In this document: positions 1 through 13,504 of the stretch, piece after piece
Layout of the letters: each line of letters starts with the position of its first letter
Position numbering within the stretch: the first letter of the stretch is position 1
DNA from: Podarcis gaigeae
Lineage: Eukaryota
DNA length: 64,000 nucleotides
NCBI GenBank assembly: GCA_964106915.2
Contig: OZ066918.1
Reading direction: 5' to 3' (one strand)
Notes under the pieces: generated by a model
Databases searched by the model: none
What the model was told of the DNA's origin: nothing
The model's input: only the letters and a program-made list of their open reading frames with translations
Program-made: the position numbers and the translations under genes

Positions 1-170
1 TGCCTTTGCCCCACCATTTCTTTCTGGAAATGCTAAATCAGAACAAATGTGCTGAATCAGAACAAATGGCAATCCACAGAAAACCCAGTTGCCGTTTGTT
101 CTGATTCAGTGCTAAAATGCCGGTTTTCCCAGAGGAAAGCAGTAGGGCAAACGGAAGTGTGGATGGACCC
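1..170. mobile_element. Palindromic non-autonomous element, PIF/Harbinger-like MITE (left end cut by window)
   Basis: Internal inverted repeat CTGAATCAGAACAAA / TTTGTTCTGATTCAG; ends GTGTGGATGGACCC followed by TAA. Confidence 0.5.
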
Positions 171-1209
171 TAAATTAAACTAAAGCATACTCCCCATGAA
201 AAAGCTACCATACTATATGAGAAATTGACTAAAAGGAAGGCATCTCAGGTCACTGTAGTGTTGAATGATTTGTCAGTTTTACTGATATCAAAATGAATCA
301 ACAGAAAGGCAATGCCTCCAAATGATACTGTGAATTTTATTTTCTTAAAATACACTACACGTTTTGGTAAAGCTTTATTCAGGAGCACTGAACAGTTTTC
401 CATGTAGCCAAAAGGATATGTCATGGTTATTATACTGTTTTGTAAAAAACAAAATAACAGTACCACTTTACTTTGAGGTGTTGCTTCTTTTTTGCTATTT
501 GCTATTTGGTGCAGCCGCACATTTTGCGAATTGTTCCCAAGTGTGGATTTTAGTATAAGGCACCAGACTTAGTATTCTTAAAATCTTCGCTTCCGTTGCA
601 TATCTGGTCTTTCTGGCTTGGTAGCCCTGGAAATCTTTTAAAGTTGAAGCAAGGGAACAGGATTTTTCTTGACTTCTCCCTATGATTACATCACCTAACT
701 TCAGGTGAAACATATTATTCCTTCCTCTGCACCAGAGTGGAGGGCAGGCCAAACACAGGTAGTAGGATTATGAAGCCAGTACCAAGATCCTTCTGCTCAG
801 CTGCATCTAGGAGGAGTTAGTGGTGTGAATGGAGTGAGTGGTTGTAGCTGCTGAGAGAGAGAGAGAAAAGAAGAGGAGAGAGGAATGGAAGGCAAGAGTG
901 GTGGAAAGGCCTGGAGACAAAAGGTGACAGAACAAACCCAGCAAAGAGGAGGCTGGGGAGGAGGGGCTTGGAGCAGTAACCCAACTCAGGAAAAGCAGGC
1001 AGATGAGCCAAACCTCGAGGAGAAAGAGAGTTGATGGAGATTAAAGGGCCTGACTGAGAAGCTAGGCTTGGAAAGAGGAATTGCCCTTGAGACTGTATAA
1101 GGCAGCTCTCTGTGCTCCTAAACATTTGCATAATGACTTGTTCTCTTGAAGCACATTTGGTCATTTTAAAAATGGAACATGTTGTTCTACCTGGGTCCAA
1201 TGTTTGTTA

Positions 1210-1445
1210 CAGTGGTACCTTGGTTTAAGAACAGCTTAGTTTATGAACAACTTGGATTAAGAACACTGCAAACCCGGAAGAAGGTGTTTTGGTTTGTGAA
1301 CTTTGCCTTGGAATAAGAACATGTTTCGCTTCCTGTTGAGTGTGTTCCATTTGTAAATTGAGTCCCTTGCTGCTATGGGAAAGCACACTTTGGTTTAAGA
1401 ATGGACTTCTGGAATGGATTAAGTTCATAAAGCAAGGTACCACTG
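1210..1445. mobile_element. Tc1/mariner (Tigger-like) MITE
   Basis: TIR CAGTGGTACCTTGGTTTA ... TAAAGCAAGGTACCACTG (1 mismatch in 18), flanked by TA on both sides. Confidence 0.85.
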
Positions 1446-2329
1446 TATGTGGCAAGGATGAGAGGTCAGTAGCCAAGGAGTATATTTAAGGGAAAGCGGC
1501 TGAGCAGTGTCAAGACCTGAGAGACAGGCAAGAAGGAGCATTGAAGTCACTACTGAAGGCATAATTTTTCAAGGTTCTTGTTTCTATTATTCTGTGATCA
1601 GGATACATTATTTGGGTGATTCATCCAATTTGTTGGCTTGGCTGCATCGTGCTGCATCCTCATAAGTGACCTATTTGACGAGTCTTTATTTGCCTGCTGT
1701 TTTTCTTAACAGATCATAACAATTTCCTAGGATTCCTTCTCTGATGTCTTTTCTCTAGCTCATGAGATGTTGGCTTACTTCAGCCTTCCCCAAGCTGGTG
1801 CTCTGCAGATGTTTTGTACTACAACTGCCATCAATCCCAGCCTGCCCAGTTGTAGTCCAAGATAACTGGAAGGTTGAGGAAGTATGGTTTCTTTCCTCTC
1901 AGTCTCTTGTGCTCTAGCTCTCTCCTGCCCCCCTGTTGCTCACATTTCACTTCACTAAATTGCCAGCAGGCATTCTTTCAGAGGCCTATGCTGTTTGGGT
2001 GTTGCTATGGAGACAGGAGGATGTTTGGTTGCCCTCTTCTGTTCTGTTGACTGAGAACCCTATTAGAGTGGGGCTGAACTCAAAGCATGAGGCCTGCTCA
2101 TACTTTGAGCGGGTAACTGCCGTCCTTGAGTAGGAGAGGTTGTTTATCTCTCCTACCCCGTCCAAAGGTTTCTTAATGGCATCTTATCAGTTTAATTACT
2201 AAAGATAAGAGGCCTTTGCCTTTGCCTCAGATTGAAATCTTGGGAAGAAGGGGAACTGAAACAGGTGTGGTCCTTTTTGATGACAGATTTATAAGCGAGT
2301 CTGTACTATTTCTTCCCTAAGCAGCGCAT

Positions 2330-2331
<2 letters not shown>

Positions 2332-2364
<33 letters not shown>
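2332..2364. repeat. (CA)n microsatellite
   Basis: about 16 perfect AC units. Confidence 0.95.
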
Positions 2365-2366
<2 letters not shown>

Positions 2367-4479
2367 GTGTGGAAAATCCATTAACAGGGACAGCTTGTAA
2401 TCCATGCTGCAAAAAACAATTCTGCACTGAAAAAAAGTTACACTGGTATAAGCTAGTTTTCATCTTTGGTGTAATTACATTATTTTTTTCCAATCAAAGG
2501 TACTCCTAAGCACCCTTTACTAGAGCTTATCTTGGTTATAGGGCAGAGAAGATAGGTGCTGGGGTGGGCATGACATTAAAGCCTCTCCCCAACTTTTCTA
2601 GTATTCTTGTGGTGTCTGAGGCAAACCCTGGAGAAATAGCAACCCTTCCTAACTGTCGTTGTGGGGTGAGGCTTCTCAGATTGAATGTGGCTCACTCTCA
2701 TTGTCTTTGTGATGGGGCAGCTTTGTGTATATGTTTTGGAAATGAAACCCTCTCACCAACTTTCTGGTATCTCTGCTGCTCTCATCCCATATCAGGTAAC
2801 CCTAACAAATTTATGATGGTATAAGCTTTTGTGGGCTGGAGTCCACTTCATCAGATCACTTCCACACTTATGCCATAAGAAATTTATGAGACATTTAGGT
2901 TGTGCAGAACTTGTGTTGTTTTTGCTATAGCAGCCTAACACAGCTATCCCTCTAGATATTATGAATGCTAAGTTATTTTTAGCTCTTCTGTTCAGTGTTT
3001 TCTAATCCTAACAGGAACCATGGTAATGTGGTTCAGTGCTATCTCCACATTGCAGAGAGATAGATACTAGCTTGCTTAAGGTTACCTAGCTGAGTGTGTG
3101 GATTAGGCAGTATTTGAAGCAGGCTCTTCCTGGTTCATGATTCATTCTTGGATCCCTTTGACGCACTAGATACAGATGGACAGGCACACTCTGTAATAGT
3201 TTGATAGTGCTGGATTGTATATCTAAATGACTGTCTAGTTTCCAGTACCTGTCTTTGACATTTCAGATGCTGGAAGCTGACCATATTTCAGTGGTTGCAG
3301 AAGCTTCAGGTCACTTTAAGGCTCAAGTTCATAGTGCAAGAATGATATAATTATGTGTGTGGTGGGGGGTGAGGCCTACTAAATTCCTAAAGTCTTGTTG
3401 GTACCACAGTGGAAACCCATCAGATTTCAGCAGATCTTAATTATATTCCAGTGCAATTCTAATCTAGGTGGAATTGGAAATTTGCTACTGAATTCTGGGC
3501 TTTTCCAGAATCTTAACATCCCTACTAAATATTTTTTTTCCACTCAGAAAGTCAGAATTCAGACAGGTTGGAGATATACTGAACATGGGAACAACTTGCT
3601 ACACATACACAGAGGTGCAGATGATAAGACCTTAGGGTACTTCTATCATGAATAACCCTTGTGTCATGTTGGGAAAGGCATGGCTTTGGTGTTGTCCTGT
3701 CAGGTAAACTAGGGCAGCAGTTCTAAGCAAGTCTACTAGGAGCAACTTCTAATGAATGCACTAGGACTTTTTTCCATGATGGAATGAGTTTAAGAATGAA
3801 GAAAACCCCTGCTCAGTCAGATTAAACAACCAGACCACTGGGCCTGGAATCCTATACAATAAGTGGTCAAGCAGCAGCTTTCAGGAAGCCCACAAGCAAG
3901 TGCTGAAGGGACTAACCATATTCTGTTGTCACCACTTCCTAGTAACTGGCATTGGGAGACACATTGCCCCATGAACATGAAGGTTCTGTCCAGCTATTAC
4001 TTTAGTTCATAGTTTTATCCTCCATTAACTAATCTACTCTTTTAAAGCCATCAGAGGTAGTGGCGATCACCAAGCCTTGTGGTAGTGAATGCCGTAAGTT
4101 AATGATGTATTGTGCGAGGAAGTTATCTGTTTTGGCTGTCTTAAATGTTTATACAGTAACATTTATTTTATTTGGTGATCCTCAGTTGTCCTAGTATGGC
4201 AGAAAGAGCGAAATTTATCTATCTCCACATCATGCATACATTTTTGGGCTAAGCTCCTGTTGCCTTTATAATGAGAAGTGAGCCCTATGCTAGATGATAG
4301 AATGGCTCTAACAGATGAATCATTAAATCCCTGCTATTTATGATGCTTATGTTTATGAATTACCCACCCTTAACTCTAAGGTCCCAGGGCAGGTTGACAT
4401 AAAGTGCTACAGATTATTTTTTTGACTAGCTCTCTCTTCTTCTCTTCACTCATCACCCCATTTATTCCTACTGACTCAG

Positions 4480-4710
4480 CATTCTCGAGTTGATCCAGAG
4501 GAACTGTTCACAAAGCTGGAGAGGATCGGTAAAGGCTCATTTGGGGAAGTGTACAAAGGAATTGACAACCGTACCAAGGAAGTGGTAGCTATCAAGATAA
4601 TTGACCTAGAGGAGGCAGAGGATGAGATTGAAGACATCCAGCAGGAGATAACGGTGCTCAGTCAGTGTGACAGTCCCTACATCACCCGCTATTACGGTTC
4701 CTACTTGAAG
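4480..4710 (+). CDS. STK25: STK25 exon 3 (Gly-rich loop, VAIK lysine)
   Basis: ctcag|CAT TCT CGA ... TAC TTG AAG|gtaact; [77 protein letters not shown]. Confidence 0.97.
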
Positions 4711-5204
4711 GTAACTGAAGCTACCAGGGCAAGCTGTATCACAGTGCTTGTGGGACAAGCTACTAGCAAACTAGGCTGCAATTTGTGTACTTAAGGGAAA
4801 TGGGTTTAGTTCACCCACTAAATCCATTCCCCCACCACCACCACCATAAAGTGTTCTCAGTGAGTCTTGTGGCTGGGACATTAGTGTGCCAGTGGGTGTG
4901 GAGGAGTGAGCATGATAAGAAGACTTCATCTTTGGAGGCTTTTCTCCTTGGTGCAATCAGAAATGTTTTAACTAAAAATTCTTACAACTGGCATGTATTT
5001 AGTGACTTAGAAAATTTGACTAATCTAAGTAAAATTCAAACTCCAAGAATTAAAGAGAAAACCCCTTCCCTGCTTATGAGTTGCAGACTCTTTATTAGTG
5101 TTGTCATGAGGATGCCAGAGTGTCATGATAATCAGCTGTTAGCAAGATAAAGAAGCAAACTACAACATTGGGCAATCTCAATACTTGCTAGTATTGCAGT
5201 TGGG

Positions 5205-5410
5205 ACACAAGAGTCCTGCTGGATCAGACCAATGGCCCATCAAGTCCAGCATTCTGTTCTCGCAATGACAGCCAGATTTTTATGGGAACCCTGCAAGCAG
5301 GACACAAGTGTAATAGCATTCTCCTGTTCCCAAGCAACCGGTTCTGAGGCATACTTTATCTGATACTGGAGGGTAGAATATAGCTGTCATGACTAGTTGT
5401 CATCGATCAC
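5205..5410 (-). mobile_element. Degenerate squamate interspersed repeat (probable CR1-type LINE 3' fragment); related copies near 26710-26905 and 36775-36890
   Basis: Shared motif CTGCTGGATCAG..A..GGCCCATC.AGTCCAGCA.TCT.TTCTC.CA in several copies. Confidence 0.55.
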
Positions 5411-5512
5411 ATTTGAATTCTTTCCCACTCAACTTTTTACAACACGTAAGTAGCAGTGTAATGGAGAAAGCTGAGCCAGAACCATTCACCCTGACCTGCC
5501 ACTCTTCTCAGG

Positions 5513-5513
<1 letters not shown>

Positions 5514-5546
<33 letters not shown>
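5514..5546. repeat. (ATT)n microsatellite
   Basis: about 11 TAT units. Confidence 0.95.
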
Positions 5547-5549
<3 letters not shown>

Positions 5550-5845
5550 GAAAGGGATTTAGAGATATCCTTTCACCACCACAATCTACAGGCTGAAATG
5601 GAACAGTTCACCAAAAGCTGTAGCTTCTGATTACTCATATAATTCAACTCTGAGAATAACAAAAAATATCATTAGATATTTCTAGATAATGTGGATCATG
5701 GTGCTACCAAGCACTTCAGGTCTCATTGTGACATGCGAGAACTGAATGAGGAATACAGGGCTGACGTGTTTCTTCCGCTGTTTTTAAGGCCTTAATATTG
5801 AAATGACTGTCACTGCTTTCACACAACACCTTGTCTAATTTATAG

Positions 5846-5902
5846 GGCACCAAGCTTTGGATAATCATGGAGTACTTGGGAGGTGGCTCAGCACTGGATC
5901 TA
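5846..5902 (+). CDS. STK25: STK25 exon 4 (hinge)
   Basis: tatag|GGC ACC AAG ... GAT CTA|gtgagt; GTKLWIIMEYLGGGSALDL. Confidence 0.96.
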
Positions 5903-6336
5903 GTGAGTACCTTTTTGTCATTCAGTTCAGATACCTTAACAAGATTCAGCCTGGAACATCGAATTAAAAGTAATTCCACATTGGTTGCATGAAGTACCAT
6001 CTCAAATCCACATTCAGAACTGCCACACCCTGTAGACTCCCCATATCATTCAACAAAATACATTTGTGCCAAGTGGTTATGAATGAACAGCTCAATACTT
6101 AATCAGTAATCAGAGCCCAGCTTGGAGGTGCTCTCTGATCCTGCTTTAGTTCATGTACAAGTTCATGTGTGCATAACTGCATTCTTCTTTTCTCTCTTTC
6201 TCTCTGATCTCCATGCAAATGGTTGTTCCTGACATCTAAGTTAAAGTTTGTTAAGCATGGAAGACTGAGGGACTTCGGTCTGAATGTATTAAATGTACCT
6301 CACTCCTTTACCGTCATTCCTACACTTCTCCTGTAG

Positions 6337-6445
6337 CTCAAGCCTGGACCTTTGGAGGAGACCTACATTGCCACCATTCTCCGAGAAATTCTAAAGGGTT
6401 TGGACTATCTTCACTCTGAGAGGAAAATCCACAGAGACATCAAAG
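6337..6445 (+). CDS. STK25: STK25 exon 5 (HRD catalytic loop)
   Basis: ctgtag|CTC AAG CCT ... ATC AAA G|gtcagg; [36 protein letters not shown]. Confidence 0.96.
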
Positions 6446-7239
6446 GTCAGGTTTGCAAAATACACATCTTCGTTTTTTTTCTATCAGTTCTCTTATGGAA
6501 ATTGAAATCACACGTACTTGCTTTCACCGACAATCTCAGGTGTCTATGTTAGAATCTCCCCCCCCCCCCATTTGCATTTCTGTGATCATTCCTTAAATCA
6601 AGAAGTATGAATTCTGGCAGTAATTTGTGCACTTATCAGAACAGTCTGAAGACTATCGGGACCGCTAAAGCGGATTTAGTTCTATAGCCAAGCCTGAACT
6701 CAGACTGAGAAGGGTCTACATCAAAGGTGCAGAACAGATGATGGAAATTACTCTTCTGTATGCAGAGGGCTACAGGTTCCCCACCTGTGTCTAGATAGTA
6801 GGTATCCTCCAGGACTGCCTGCAGCTGTTCTGCCACTACTTTCTCCAGTAACTTGGCTATAAAGGGTGGACTTCTTGAGGAGTGGCTGTACCATTGAGAT
6901 ATAGAAAAGGGAAGTAAAGCTGGAGAGCGGGCTAAGAATTGAGAACAAGGTAGGGGTTAAACAAGCTTTGGTAGTTCATAAAGGGTGAGAATATAACCCT
7001 TCTGCCCTATTTGCAAAGCCATAAGGGACTGGTCTTAGCAGTAGCAGGGAGGATTGAGCCAGTTTTCGGGATGTTCTGCCTTCCTTTATGCAGTTGCTAA
7101 GGCACCATTACTTGTACTAAACCAGGAATTAACACAAAACATGTTTACCGGGGCTTCAGAAAGGCACCATTTCTTACTGCAAGATAATTTATTGTATTCC
7201 CCTTTGATTCAGCTGCCTTTATTCTTATTTTTTCTATGA

Positions 7240-7407
<168 letters not shown>

Positions 7408-8629
7408 TGAGAGGAGCAGGTGAAAGCCTACTTGAACCCTAGTTCATCATTTAGAATGCATGTTAATTTGCCTTATCCTGTGTTCTGTCTACGTTAGAAA
7501 GAAAGGTGCATATAGGTGGGTAAAGTTTGCATGTGCTTCCGAGTCTTGCTATACACATCATGGGCCACTTAGTGCCCGCTTCAGTTTTCTAGTGAAGGGT
7601 GTGCTCTCTAGGGGTGCTTGTATGTTTATGCACACATTTGCACAACTTTAAAGAAATCTGTTCAATGGGTTCTCCTAACCTTTTGGATCAGATTTGGGGA
7701 GGGCACTGGGTGCATGTGGGGGGAGGACAGGTGGGTAAGTGCTGTCGTGCAATCAGGAATCCTTGTGCTAAGAGAATGTGTTAGTTGGATCCCATCCTAA
7801 AAGTCCAATTCATGATTAGAAATGCAGCCTGCTTTGACAGTGAAAAATACCCAGAACTATGGTGCAATCCATTAGGTTTAAAGATGTATTTAAACAATCA
7901 GTAATATGTATTTCTTTAAGACTTCATACCTGCCTTTCACTACAAGATCCCAGGACAGGTTACAACAATATAATACACAGTGACAAAGAAACAAACAAAC
8001 TGTTTTGCTCAACTGGTATTATCATAATTCCCTATATAATTTATATAATTTAAATGCTTGCTATTCACAAGTTGTGATCAGAGCTTAACTGCACACCCTG
8101 TAAAGGCAGCCACCTTTGATTTAGAAAATGAAGAACACAAAAAACTTCTTGCACTTTACAAGATTTCAAATCTAAGAGATAGTTAGCTTAATTATAGGAC
8201 TGCTTAATAAAAGATAAAAAGAGATATTTTAAATACATGTTTAATCTCCATGTCTTATTGCTGTCCAACCTACAGCAGTCTGACCTTCTGGATTATCTTG
8301 TAAATCGTAAGCTTAGTAAAAATGTTTTGCTCAGACACACCGATTCAAGAACTTCTAAATCTGTGTCAACCAGAAATAACTTTACCTTAGATGCCGTTTC
8401 ATTTTAGACATATGGATCAAGGAGACGCCCACATGATAAGCACACACATTGTCACTCACTCAATCACATACAGAAGTCGGGTAATTATAGGAGGCAAGTG
8501 AAGGATTTGAGTCTCTGGAGGAGTCCCCTTTTGCTGTGAATCAGCATCAGAGCTCAAGTCAATGAGTGTTGGCTTCTCTGTGCCATGGTAACACTGAGTG
8601 TTCACAGATGGTTCTCATTTTCCTTCCAG

Positions 8630-8815
8630 GCAGATATTTGGTCCCTTGGAATTACTGCTATTGAACTGGCAAAGGGAGAGCCTCCAAACTCTGACCTGCA
8701 TCCTATGAGAGTTCTCTTCCTGATTCCCAAGAATAACCCCCCGACGCTGGAGGGACACCACAGTAAGCCCTTTAAGGAATTTGTGGAAGCCTGCCTTAAC
8801 AAGGACCCCAGATTT
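8630..8815 (+). CDS. STK25: STK25 exon 7
   Basis: ttccag|GCA GAT ATT TGG ... AGA TTT|gtaagt; [62 protein letters not shown]. Confidence 0.97.
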
Positions 8816-9061
8816 GTAAGTGTTGCTCCAGCCTCTTCTCATAAGCAGAGCCTGAGTGTCAGGTCAGAAAACCTGGCAGCTGCTAGCTAGCAGAGCTCTG
8901 AAATGCTTGTCCCTGGAGATGAGCCCACCCAAGGAATGTGCAGAGTAGGCCTTAGTCCTGTTCCAATTGAAAAGACTCCTTGGAAAGTGGCAGTGGTAGC
9001 TGTCCACCTTTATGGCCCGGTCCCTGCCAGCTAAAACACCTTGTCTCTTGTATTTGTGCAG

Positions 9062-9207
9062 AGACCCACTGCAAAGGAATTGCTAAAGCACAAGTTTATC
9101 ACACGTTACACCAAGAAAACATCATTTCTCATGGAGCTCATTGACCGGTACAAACGCTGGAAGTCAGAGGGGCATGGTGAGGATTCAAGCTCAGATGACT
9201 CTGACAT
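9062..9207 (+). CDS. STK25: STK25 exon 8
   Basis: gtgcag|AGA CCC ACT ... GAC AT|gtatgt; RPTAKELLKHKFITRYTKKTSFLMELIDRYKRWKSEGHGEDSSSDDSD. Confidence 0.96.
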
Positions 9208-9732
9208 GTATGTATGTTTCCATTTTATTTTAAAAACATTTATAACCTGCTTAATATTTTTTAAACCTCTGAGACATTTGTCCTACTTTGAAAATCTTTC
9301 ATTTCTTCCCCTTTCTCCGCACCCAAATAATCAGGGTGTGATTGCTCAGTTAAGTTTCTGCAGATTTTGCATTTGTACCGATAAAGCCTGTAAGGTGGAC
9401 CAGTAAGATTTTATGTAGCTTGTTGAGAAGTACAGATGGGCACAAAAAGCAACGTACGATTTGTCATGCTGGCTGCTTCCAGTCTTTAAATAATTGCATG
9501 GTGACATGGAATATATGAATACCCAGTTCTGGGCTATGACTTTGGTATCTATTGGTACCAAGGACATTCTAGCCCCTAGATAACGGTTGGAAAATGCAAA
9601 CACTGAGTTTGCGTTTAAGTAAGATTAAGCTGGAAAAGCCTGCCGTTGGGGAAGCCCTGCCCCTGCACATCTTGGCACTCCTCTACCCAGTGTTCTTTGA
9701 ATGAAATGCACTCTCACCCCTCTTGTTTCTAG

Positions 9733-9847
9733 TGATGGAGATGCAGATGAGAGAGATCAAGGGCCAATCTGGACTTTCCCACCAACCATTCGTCCCAATT
9801 CCTTGAATAAGCTGCACAAGGGGATGTCTCATCATGGGTCCCAAAAG
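9733..9847 (+). CDS. STK25: STK25 exon 9
   Basis: ttctag|T GAT GGA ... CAA AAG|gtcagt; DGDADERDQGPIWTFPPTIRPNSLNKLHKGMSHHGSQK (WxF motif typical of GCKIII kinases). Confidence 0.95.
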
Positions 9848-10818
9848 GTCAGTGTGGTGTCCATTACCGCTGGGGACCAGAGCCCTGAGCCAGCAGTGGT
9901 CACTCTGAGGGACTGAGCAGCCAGTGTGTGGGAATTGTAGTGTTTCTCCCATTAACCCTGATACTGTCAGAGCAGAACGTATCTTGCTTTAGATTTTGGA
10001 GTCTGCCTATTCTGCTCTGGTTTTTTGTTAACTCATGAAAGATTCCATTTAATGCAGTGGAGCTAGAATGGAGGTCAGGGTTGGGAAACTTTTTTTGGAC
10101 TGGTGGACCAGATCGTTATCTGTCCCCACCCGACTGACAGATGAATTGTCCCTCCCACCTATCCAAGTCCCTTGTGCAGTGCTTCCTAACCACCCAGTAA
10201 CCAGCTGGTTTCTAGGTGCTTGGGAACTATAACACACAAAGCTTTACCAGCTGCCAAGTGCCAAGCATAGGGAAATTGCAAGAAATATGGTTGGCAAAGC
10301 TGCTTTCTGTAGACATTGGCTGTGTGATTGAGTTCTCCACCCAAGCTGTGCCTCTACCTGCCCCACACCTGAAGTCACATCTGATGTCAGGCATGGGGCA
10401 GCTGGGCATGGTTTGAGGAAAATGGGCATTGTTAAGACACATTGGGACCTGTAGCAGGCCAAATTTGGCCCATGGGCTGGAGGTTCCCCATCCCCGATAA
10501 AGGAAGTTTGCTACAAATAGTAATCCTGCTGTTAGTTGCTGCTGCAAAATGGTGTAACACCATACTCTTTGCATACATGTTGCTACTCCTGCCTGTCCCA
10601 TTTATCTGCCTTAGGCTTCTCCTAGGGACCATGTCGGAGCTGCAGCAGAAACTGGAAGATTCTTAACAGATGCTATATCTACTTTGTTCTTTACTGTTCC
10701 TGCTGGTGACAGTAGATTAATGTTGCTTGTCAAAGCAAAGCATTTTCATAGACAGGTTGAAAGAACTGTTCAGAGTCATATTGAATAGCATCCTTCTTCT
10801 TCTTCCTCCTCCTATTAG

Positions 10819-10890
10819 CCTGCTGAGCCTATCAAGCGGCAACCACGGTCTCAGTGTCTCTCTACTCTTGTACGTCCTGTCTTCGGAGAG
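10819..10890 (+). CDS. STK25: STK25 exon 10
   Basis: tattag|CCT GCT GAG ... GGA GAG|gtgagg; PAEPIKRQPRSQCLSTLVRPVFGE. Confidence 0.95.
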
Positions 10891-12283
10891 GTGAGGTGAC
10901 AGGGTCTGAATTTTTTCCAATTATTATCTTTAACATATGAAGTGTTTCTCTGAGGATGTTGGGTTAGAATAATGAGTAGGAGCTGACAACCAAGTGATGG
11001 TAAGAAATGAGACCTTTCACACTTGAATGGTGATTATTAGAATTACCGGTAATCTTTTGCCCTGTTCTGCATCCTTATGATGTGGGAGGCAGCTTGAACT
11101 CTGCAAAAGAGGTTGATCCCTGGATTATGAGCCAGGATCTGTGAGGACAGCTCAAAGCCACTTAATTTGCACAGCCGATGAAGGGGAGAGTTATTGAACC
11201 AGACACATGTTAGGTGGTATAAGAGAACAATATATGGTACAGAGAGTAGGGATCAGACAGGAAGTAATATGTACACAGGGCCAGAGTACTCTAAAGAAGG
11301 ACACGACTGCAAAACATGCACACATTGCTATATCCACAATGGATAGTGTTGTCCTCTGCCTTTCTGGTCTAAATTTGGTAAAATTGGGTCAGCAGTTACG
11401 TAGCTGCATGTATTAAGAAAGCAATGTGTTGTTTAGCTGGAGTTACAAGCTTCCCAGAAACACTGGGCATCACATAGTGAGTGAAGCAACTGGGTGCACT
11501 ATAGTGCTGGGTGGTTGATTGCATACTCTTGCCAACAGCCACAAGGCTGTTGGGTAGGTTTAGTTCCATATAAATAGCTTTAGGAACAGGGTGCAAGTTT
11601 CCTGATATCTAGTGTGCTTAGTTATTACAGCAGTGGCCCGCTCCAGTGAGCATCGTCCAGTTCCGAATCATTATGTGTCACTTGAGTTTGTCGCTTACTG
11701 TAGCTTTAGGCAATTTTTACAGCTAGGCAACATTGCTGTTGCTGCAGCTGATTAATTCTGTATTCTGCTTGTTCAAGGTACTGTTTAAATTTGGCACCAT
11801 TACCAGCCGTCAGCAATAGCATGCTAATCGAAACTGTCTTAGGCACCAATAGAGACCTTTCTGAGTTTCCCTCCTACAGGAGCTAAGTTGCAACTTTGTG
11901 TGTCCACTCAGCCTTGTCTAAAAGATTTCTGTGATGGATGGTATGTGTTTTGGGGAATCACGACCTATGCTCCGATAGGGGAAAGGCTGTTTGTGTGAGA
12001 GGTTATTCCTGTTTATTTCCATTTCTGCCTCAAGCCCCTCCCACCTATGGAATGCAGCCTCCAAAGTTTGAATTCGGCCCTTGGCATGAAAGAGGTTCTC
12101 CACCCCTGTACTACTATGGTCTTAGGGGCTGTGGAACTGGCCCATATTCTAGAGATGCCTATTGTACATCTTTATACAGCAAATGTTTTGGCCTCCCATG
12201 AAAATTGGCATTAAGGATTTTGTGCTGCTACTTAGAGCTTTCTCTTGTTCCATACATTTTGCTTTCCTCTAATGTCTTGGCAG

Positions 12284-12420
12284 CTCAAAGACAAGCACAA
12301 GCACACTGGAGGCAACGTGGGAGCCATGGAGGAACTGGAGAATGCCTTTAGCTTAGCTGAGGAGTCTTGTCCAGGAATCTCTGACAAACTAATTGCACAC
12401 ATGGTAGAGCGAGTGCAAAG
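12284..12420 (+). CDS. STK25: STK25 exon 11 (C-terminal dimerisation / PDCD10-binding region)
   Basis: tggcag|CTC AAA GAC ... CAA AG|gtaaaa; LKDKHKHTGGNVGAMEELENAFSLAEESCPGISDKLIAHMVERVQ. Confidence 0.96.
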
Positions 12421-13034
12421 GTAAAAGTTCTGAGCGTTGTTAACGTGACTATTTTTGGTGAGGATATGGGCTAGAATGAGTAAGAGAAGCCAATCCTACA
12501 CCTTGCCCCTGTACACCTTTCTCTAGTGCTGCTGTTCTTAGTTTGGGCCCAAGATATAGCTGTTTGCTTAGGACCCTAGGCAACTGTCTGGCATTCTGGT
12601 CCTTTGATTGGTGGTTGTGTGGAATGATGAAATCTAAATTATTATTATTAACAACTGTATTTTGCTACTGTCCTTCACCATAAGGTCCCAGGGTAGGTTA
12701 CATCTACAGAAACAGAATACAGCCAACAACTGATTTACATATGTCAAATTGATGTGTGCAACGCAGCGACCCAGAAGTGACTGGAAAAGGGGCTGGGCTT
12801 ATGCATGCTCCACCATCGCATGCCATGACCTGGAACACAACCCCCACACAAATTGAGGGTTGCCTCTACAATGAAAACTTAACCCTCAAAATACAGTTAT
12901 TCTGGGCCAATTAATTTGTTAGCACATGGCCTGGGGCAAACATCTGCATCACCTGCCTGTTAAATTAGGACAGATAAGTTTTTGACAATATTGCTATTCC
13001 TTGTTTACGCTTGAATTTGAAGAAAGTTGGTGTG

Positions 13035-13389
13035 CTGTGGGTAAAAGCCTCAGCGCCTAGGGCTTGCCGATCAAAAGGTCGGCGGTTCGAATCCCCGCTG
13101 CGGGGTGCGCTCCCGTCGTTCGGTCCCAGCGCCTGTCAACCTAGCAGTTCGAAAGCACCCCTGGGTGCAAGTAGATAAATAGGGACCGCTTACTAGCGGG
13201 AAGGTAAACGGTGTTTCCGTGTGCGGCTCTGGCTCTGGCTCTGGCCAGAGCAGCGATGTCACGCTGGCCACGTGACCCGGAAGTGTCTCCGGACAGCGCT
13301 GGCCCCCGGCCTCTTGAGTGAGATGGGCGCACCAACCCCAGAGTCTGGCAAGACTGGCCCGTACGGGCAGGGGTACCTTTACCTTTACC
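13035..13389 (+). mobile_element. Sauria SINE, slightly 5'-truncated
   Basis: tRNA-like B box GGTTCGAATCC (13084), core CCTAGCAGTTCGAAAGCAC..GTGCAAGTAGATAAATAGG, (ACCTTT)n tail; 7-bp TSD TGGTGTG at 13028 and 13390. Confidence 0.92.
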
Positions 13390-13464
13390 TGGTGTGAGGC
13401 TGACAGCCAGAATTTACTATGAATAAGCCTGATGCATATCCGTTGTTCGTTCTCTCTCCCTCAG

Positions 13465-13504
13465 GTTCTCACACAGCAGGAACCACCTGACTTCAGCACG
13501 CTGA
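13465..13504 (+). CDS. STK25: STK25 exon 12 coding part, stop TGA
   Basis: cctcag|G TTC TCA CAC AGC AGG AAC CAC CTG ACT TCA GCA CGC TGA; (R)FSHSRNHLTSAR*. Confidence 0.95.
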
